38,961 bases of DNA from an uncultured bacterium (GTDB lineage Bacteria; SAR324; NAC60-12), in assembly GCA_964010765.1 (NCBI GenBank), contig CAXGMD010000025.1:1-38961 (forward strand), given 5' to 3'. The translations under genes were made by a program, and so were the position numbers. This document shows positions 34,100 to 38,961 of this stretch, one piece after another. Positions within the stretch are counted from its first letter, which is position 1. The number at the start of each line of letters is the position of its first letter. A model generated the notes under the pieces. It saw only the letters and a list, made by a program, of their open reading frames with translations. It made no database searches and had not been told where the DNA came from.

Positions 34100-35274
34100 T
34101 TTTGATCCCCAGACGCCAACAACTTTGCCCCCCAGGCTTGACGAACCTGAGCCTCGATCAACACCGGAGGTTGGCCAGCCCGATCTGCAGCAGTGACAAT
34201 GTCCCGATGCTCTGGTTTCCATTGCCAGCACTCTTTACCAAGAAACCCTGATCTCATTGAAATATTTCCCCATTCTGTGGAGAAGTTTTCATGCCTTGAA
34301 TCCAACTTGAGACGTTTTACAGTTTGAACACGGACCCCAAAACTACCGGATTCCTTCAAAAGAATTTCCAGCAGTAAATCTCGATCTTTCTCCAAGCAAA
34401 GTAGCACCAATTGCTGACCAATCCGGCCCATTTTACCAAAAACTGGGCTAGCCCAACCGTCCAACGCTCCAGCAGTTAGAGCTTTTGCGATACAGGAAGC
34501 TAATAGTTGGGGACTGAGGTCATCAACGTTTGCTTCCAATCTTATGATCTCCTCGGCTCTTAGCTTTTGCCCACTTAGCTGTAATTCCAGCACATTGGGA
34601 TGAGGTAGATCCTTGGTTCCACAGCCAACTCCTTTTCTGGGTTGAAGAAGTGGAGAAAGATCTGAAAAACATTCTACAAATCTTTGGAGAAAAACTGCAC
34701 CAGTTGGAGTAACAAGTTCCGAAGAAACAGGAATTCTTTGCAGTGGAATATCTCCTAATAGTTCTCTGACAGCCGGAACGGGGAGATCGCATTCTCCATG
34801 AGAAAATCTAACTTTCCCCACTCCTTCAACAATGGTGCTGGCTGTGACGCTCTCAATTTCAAAATATTCCATGGCGACTGCAATGGAGACAATGTCAATG
34901 ATGGTATCGACAGCGCCAACTTCATGAAAGTGAACTTCCTCAATTGGTACTTGATGGACTGATGATTCGGCATGACCCAATGATTGAAATAAATCTTCGG
35001 CGATGGACTTTGCTTTTGGGGAAAGCTTTGACTTGCCAAGAATTTCAAGAATATCTGTGAGGTGTCGATGATGGTGTTGTTCATCGTATGCAACCTCGAA
35101 CTGAATGGCTGGAACCCCAAGTTTTTCAACGCTTTTCTGAGAAATTTCCCATCCTCCGAGATCCAACTTTTCCAGTTGTTCCTGGAGGGAATCCAAGGGC
35201 AATCCCAAGCCCAAGAAACCACCAACGAGCATATCCCCGCTGATCCCTGAAGTGGAATGAAGATGAAGGTGCAT
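34096..35274 (-). CDS. larC: LarC nickel insertase (NPN cofactor biosynthesis)
   Basis: SGISGDM, His-rich QHHHRH, VHFHEVGAVD, ELVTPTGA, EANVDD, KPE; single uninterrupted ORF. Confidence 0.93.
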   Translation of the reverse strand: MHLHLHSTSGISGDMLVGGFLGLGLPLDSLQEQLEKLDLGGWEISQKSVEKLGVPAIQFEVAYDEQHHHRHLTDILEILGKSKLSPKAKSIAEDLFQSLGHAESSVHQVPIEEVHFHEVGAVDTIIDIVSIAVAMEYFEIESVTASTIVEGVGKVRFSHGECDLPVPAVRELLGDIPLQRIPVSSELVTPTGAVFLQRFVECFSDLSPLLQPRKGVGCGTKDLPHPNVLELQLSGQKLRAEEIIRLEANVDDLSPQLLASCIAKALTAGALDGWASPVFGKMGRIGQQLVLLCLEKDRDLLLEILLKESGSFGVRVQTVKRLKLDSRHENFSTEWGNISMRSGFLGKECWQWKPEHRDIVTAADRAGQPPVLIEAQVRQAWGAKLLASGDQK

Positions 35275-36026
35275 CAGTTCCTGTTGATCAAACTAGCTAG
35301 ATATCCTGCGCGGAAGCCAGCATCGATATTTACGCAGCAAAGGTTAGAAGCACAACTGTTGAGCATGCCCAACAAAGCCGTGACACCACCAAAAGAGGTG
35401 CCATAGCCAACTGAGGTGGGTATGCCGATTACTGGGCAGGAAACCAGTCCGGCTACTACTGTTGGAAGAGCAGCTTCCATCCCTGCAGCAACGACAATCA
35501 CCCTAGCTTTGATCAAACGCTCGTGTCTGGACACTATCCGTTGTAAACCCGCAACCCCCAAGTCTTCCATCACCTGGATTCTGCTTCCGGTGAGTCTGGC
35601 TGTGTGAGCGGCTTCTAGCAAGACCGGACGATCCGTGGTTCCCGCGCTGACCAACAAGACATCGCCCTTGAGTTTTTCTTCCTCAGTTTGGTCGAGGTAA
35701 AGACACTTGGAGGCTTCGCAATAGTCGCATCCATCAAGGTCTCTTTTAACAGCTTTGTAGTGAGCTGCGTTGGCCCTGGTTCCAAGAAGCGAGGCGTTTG
35801 GTGTTTCACGATTGAGGGCAGTAAAGATCTCAGCAACTTGTTCAGGGGTTTTGCCTTCACAATAAACAACCTCAGAAAAACCATTGCGGAGCTGTCGATG
35901 ATGATCGACTTCTGCAAAGCCTAAATTCTCTACCTGAAAGGTTCTTAGTTTTTCCAGGGCAGAGTCAGGAGATTGGCTTCCCTCTGCAACAGATTCAAGC
36001 AGTTGAAGTAGTTGCGAAGAATTCAT
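35274..36026 (-). CDS. larB: LarB NaAD carboxylase/hydrolase (NPN cofactor biosynthesis)
   Basis: VDHHRQLRNGFSEVVYCEGKT, AGTTD, DLGVAGL.R, AGMEAALP, PTSVGYG, MLNSC. Start set to ATG 36026 to avoid overlap with the SDR. Confidence 0.93.
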   Translation of the reverse strand: MNSSQLLQLLESVAEGSQSPDSALEKLRTFQVENLGFAEVDHHRQLRNGFSEVVYCEGKTPEQVAEIFTALNRETPNASLLGTRANAAHYKAVKRDLDGCDYCEASKCLYLDQTEEEKLKGDVLLVSAGTTDRPVLLEAAHTARLTGSRIQVMEDLGVAGLQRIVSRHERLIKARVIVVAAGMEAALPTVVAGLVSCPVIGIPTSVGYGTSFGGVTALLGMLNSCASNLCCVNIDAGFRAGYLASLINRN

Positions 36027-36063
36027 TCCGATCTCTTCGAAAAGTCTTCTTCCTTGAGATTTC

Positions 36064-36831
36064 TCAGACTTGGCAAGCCAATCCTCCATCTACGAAGATC
36101 ACGTTCCCATTTACATAAGAAGCTGCCTTGGAGAGCAGAAAGACAGCGGCTCCACCGAGTTCATCGGGATCACCCCAGCGCTGCATTGGAGTTCTGCCTG
36201 AAACAAAGGCGGTGAATTCGGAATCATTGACGAGAGCGGTATTCATCTCTGTGGCAAAGAAGCCGGGTGCAATGCCATTGCATCGAATGCCTTGCCCCCC
36301 CAATTCAACCGCCAGTGCCTTGGTCAAGCCGACCACCCCGGCTTTGCTGGCGGTGTAGGCGGAGATTGTCTTACGAGCCTGGGGGCCCATGATCGAAGCA
36401 ATATTGACAATAGATCCCGATCCTTGAACTTGCATCAAGCGGACGGCTTCCCGAGAAAGTAACCAACTCGCCCGGAGGTTCGTGTCCATCACTCGGTCAA
36501 AATCTTCTAGTTCAAACTCGGTCAGTGGACGGCGATGTTGAATTCCAGCATTGTTGATCAAGCCATCCAATTTACCGTGCTGTTCCCGAATTTTTCCAAA
36601 AGCAGCAAGCACCTCCTCGTCATTGACGACATCAAAAATATAGTATTCGGCATTCTGACCAAGCTCTTGCAGATATTGCTTATGTTCTTTGAGCAAGTTC
36701 TCATCTCGGCCGTGCAGCAGGACGGTGGCTCCTGCTTCTGCAACTGCCTTGGCAATTGACCACCCCAGTCCCCTGCTGGACCCAGTGATCAAAACAATTT
36801 GGTTTTCAAGTGAAAACAATGAAGAGTTCAT
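36064..36831 (-). CDS. SDR oxidoreductase, gluconate 5-dehydrogenase-like
   Basis: TGSSRGLG, NNAGIQHR.P, YTASK, NGIAPGFFATEMN.AL, RTPMQRWG, VDGG. Confidence 0.88.
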   Translation of the reverse strand: MNSSLFSLENQIVLITGSSRGLGWSIAKAVAEAGATVLLHGRDENLLKEHKQYLQELGQNAEYYIFDVVNDEEVLAAFGKIREQHGKLDGLINNAGIQHRRPLTEFELEDFDRVMDTNLRASWLLSREAVRLMQVQGSGSIVNIASIMGPQARKTISAYTASKAGVVGLTKALAVELGGQGIRCNGIAPGFFATEMNTALVNDSEFTAFVSGRTPMQRWGDPDELGGAAVFLLSKAASYVNGNVIFVDGGLACQV

Positions 36832-36840
36832 AGGCAGTTA

Positions 36841-36864
36841 ATTATTATGAAAATTTATAATAAT
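36841..36864. promoter_or_regulatory. AT-rich inverted repeat upstream of the SDR-lar genes
   Basis: ATTATTAT-N8-ATAATAAT within a 45-nt spacer; overlaps TTGATT-16-CATAAT on the minus strand. Confidence 0.4.
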
Positions 36865-36876
36865 AAATCAAAAAAG

Positions 36877-38322
36877 TCACGGACGTAGCTCCTCTGAGTG
36901 GAGCACTAACATTTTACGAACTTGCATGTCATGCATTGTGAAGGGGATGCCTCCGACTGCCAAGCCAGATTGTTTCAAGCCTGCAAATGGCATCCAGTCC
37001 ACGCGAAATGCAGTATGCTCATTGACCATTACAGCAGATGCGTTGAGACGTCTGTAGACACGCATTGCAGTGTCAATGCTTCTAGTAAAGACAGAAGCCT
37101 GAAAGGAAAAGGGAACGTCGTTGGCCCGAGCGATTGCAGCATCTACATTCTCAACGCTGTAGACGCAGACTACTGGTCCAAAGATCTCTGCCTGGCTCAC
37201 TTTGCAGTCACTTGGTGGATTCAGCAGGACGGTGGCTTCAAAACATGAATCTGAAATCCGCTTCCCGCCACAGAACACTTCTGCTCCAGCTGCTACTGCC
37301 TCGTTGACCCAAGCCTCTACCCGATCGGTCTCTCGGTGTCGAATCAGTGGGCCTACTTCAGTGGCTGCATCTGTGGGGTCGCCAACGATCAAGTTTTTGG
37401 CTTTTTCCGCTATTTTTTGAGCTACTTCTCTAGCAATACTGCTATCAGCAAAGACTCTTTGTACTGATACACACACTTGCCCAGCGTGATAGAATCCCCC
37501 CTTGGTGAGTGAGGGCACCAATCGCTCTAAATCTGCATCAGCGGCAACTACAACAGGAGCCGCCCCCCCATGTTCAAGAGCACAGCGTGTTCCCGGAGCA
37601 ACTTGAGATCGTAGTGACCAGCCCACACGAGCGCTACCAATGAAGGAGAAGAAGGCAACACGGGAATCGGTGACCAATTTCGTGGCATTTTCTAAATTTT
37701 TAACGATCAGTGATTGGCACCATTCTTCAGGTAACCCAGCCTCCCGAAGGATGTTGATGAAACGGAAGCAGGAAAGGGGTGTGTCCTCTGCAGGTTTTAT
37801 GATCACTGGACATCCTGTTGCTACAGCAGGTCCGACCTGGTGTACAATCAAGTTCAGTGGATGGTTGAAGGCACTGACTGCTACGACGATACCAACGGGT
37901 TCGTGTCTCGTTACAGCGAACTTGCCCTCTGAAGCTGGATTCAGATTCATTGGGATTTCCTCCCCTGCCTGAGTTCTCAGAACCTCAATGCAGTTTCTCA
38001 CCCCATCAATTGCCCTTGCTACTTCTGCCCTGGAGTCAATCAACGGTTTACCACCTTCTCGGGCAGCTTCGACGGCTAATTCCTCTGCTCTTTCTGACAT
38101 GATAGAAGCGGTTTTTTCAAGAATTTCCATGCGTTTGGCGGGCTTTAGCCAGAGATCGCGATCTCGGTACAATCGATCTGCGGTGGAGAGGGCTAACTCT
38201 ACTGCATTAGCATCCGCTGCAGTTACGGTGGCAATCAAAGTCCCATCGTAGGGAGCGGTAACCTCAATTTGGCCATCATCGCTTTGTGCTCCGGGGATTT
38301 GTAGGTTGAAGTGCTGGCTCAT
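36877..38322 (-). CDS. NAD(P)-dependent aldehyde dehydrogenase
   Basis: SAFNHPLN, IKPA, FIGSARVG, LEHGGAAP, GQVCVS (catalytic Cys), EIFGPV, PFAG.K.SG; GGAG RBS. Confidence 0.93.
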   Translation of the reverse strand: MSQHFNLQIPGAQSDDGQIEVTAPYDGTLIATVTAADANAVELALSTADRLYRDRDLWLKPAKRMEILEKTASIMSERAEELAVEAAREGGKPLIDSRAEVARAIDGVRNCIEVLRTQAGEEIPMNLNPASEGKFAVTRHEPVGIVVAVSAFNHPLNLIVHQVGPAVATGCPVIIKPAEDTPLSCFRFINILREAGLPEEWCQSLIVKNLENATKLVTDSRVAFFSFIGSARVGWSLRSQVAPGTRCALEHGGAAPVVVAADADLERLVPSLTKGGFYHAGQVCVSVQRVFADSSIAREVAQKIAEKAKNLIVGDPTDAATEVGPLIRHRETDRVEAWVNEAVAAGAEVFCGGKRISDSCFEATVLLNPPSDCKVSQAEIFGPVVCVYSVENVDAAIARANDVPFSFQASVFTRSIDTAMRVYRRLNASAVMVNEHTAFRVDWMPFAGLKQSGLAVGGIPFTMHDMQVRKMLVLHSEELRP

Positions 38323-38490
38323 GCGTGTCTCCTGATCTTCTTTTCAATAATTCATAGCAAGGATGAACACTTGCTTTTGGAAAGTCCCAAGCCTCAAAAT
38401 AGGTGGTATTTGTTCATTCACTGCTTGCAATCGTTCATTCCAAGGGAAGTTTCAATCTCCAATTTCACAATCTCCTAAGAATTTACCCTC

Positions 38491-38961
38491 GTGATCGTAG
38501 AAATTGCTCTCGTTATTCCTCTTCGACAAGTCTTTGACTATAAGTGGCCTGCAGGATGGAATGGGCCCAAATTAGGGCAACGGGTTTTGGTCCCTTTTCG
38601 ACGTCAAAAAAAGTGCGGTTTGATCGTTGGCATCAAAGAAAAATCTGAATTTGACAGTGTCCGACAGATCTTAGCGTTGCTGGATGAGCATCCGATCATC
38701 AACAGAGATCTCTTGGATCTAACCAGGTGGGTTGCAGAATACTATTTCTGTGGGTGGGGAGAGGTCTTGCAGGCTGCTTTGCCAGGAGGCTTGGGAGTTC
38801 ATTTGCAAAGTGAATATTCCTGGGGATCCTCAAGACCAGACCAGAACTCAAGGCTACCAGAAAAATTTGCTGGTTTGCTAAACAGGGAGCGCTGGACAGA
38901 CCAAGAATGGAAAGAATTGAACCCCTCTGCAGCCGATGAAGAACTCCGACAGTCTTGGCTC
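38491..38961 (+). CDS. priA: Primosomal protein N' (PriA), 5' part; runs off the window
   Basis: Not in the ORF track. Translation from GTG 38491: MIVEIALVIPLRQVFDYKWP...GQRVLVPFRRQKKCGLIVG...LLDEHP...LLDLTRWVAEYYFCGWGEVLQAALP, matching the PriA 3'-DNA-binding domain. Confidence 0.88.
   Translation, partial: MIVEIALVIPLRQVFDYKWPAGWNGPKLGQRVLVPFRRQKKCGLIVGIKEKSEFDSVRQILALLDEHPIINRDLLDLTRWVAEYYFCGWGEVLQAALPGGLGVHLQSEYSWGSSRPDQNSRLPEKFAGLLNRERWTDQEWKELNPSAADEELRQSWL

Noticed and set aside
34100..34231. Longer larE start at 34231
   Set aside because: Overlaps larC by over 130 nt; the ATGA coupling at 34099 is the better start.
36027..36089. Longer larB start at 36089
   Set aside because: Overlaps the SDR 3' end; LarB-like sequence begins at ATG 36026.

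Overview
Bacterial chromosomal window of mid GC content. Gene content suggests a marine deltaproteobacterium such as SAR324, but this is inference only. No rRNA, tRNA, CRISPR array or mobile element was recognised. (1) 1-15650, minus strand: a co-oriented accessory cluster with three GH4 alpha-glycosidases and an AgpA/MelB-type ABC importer. It also carries two tandem PhyH-fold Fe(II)/2OG enzymes that both have the halogenase-type HxG iron motif, a flavin-dependent (tryptophan-halogenase-family) enzyme, an amidohydrolase and a second, partial solute-binding protein. A perfect 14-bp LacI-like palindrome precedes the cluster. (2) 15781-31837, mostly housekeeping: an Ntn-acylase, a stand-alone rpsD with a structured leader, alaS, lolC/E, gshA plus a eukaryotic-type glutathione synthetase, an SDR, an ArsR-methyltransferase regulator, a Gfo/Idh/MocA oxidoreductase and pntAB. 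(3) 31847-38322, minus strand: a decayed gene remnant, then ALDH-SDR-larB-larC-larE-AKR, i.e. nickel-pincer cofactor biosynthesis with no larA and a tightly linked atypical aldo-keto reductase. The window ends in the 5' part of priA. The best candidates for new biology are the glycoside-uptake/halogenase-like cluster and the larBCE-AKR operon.
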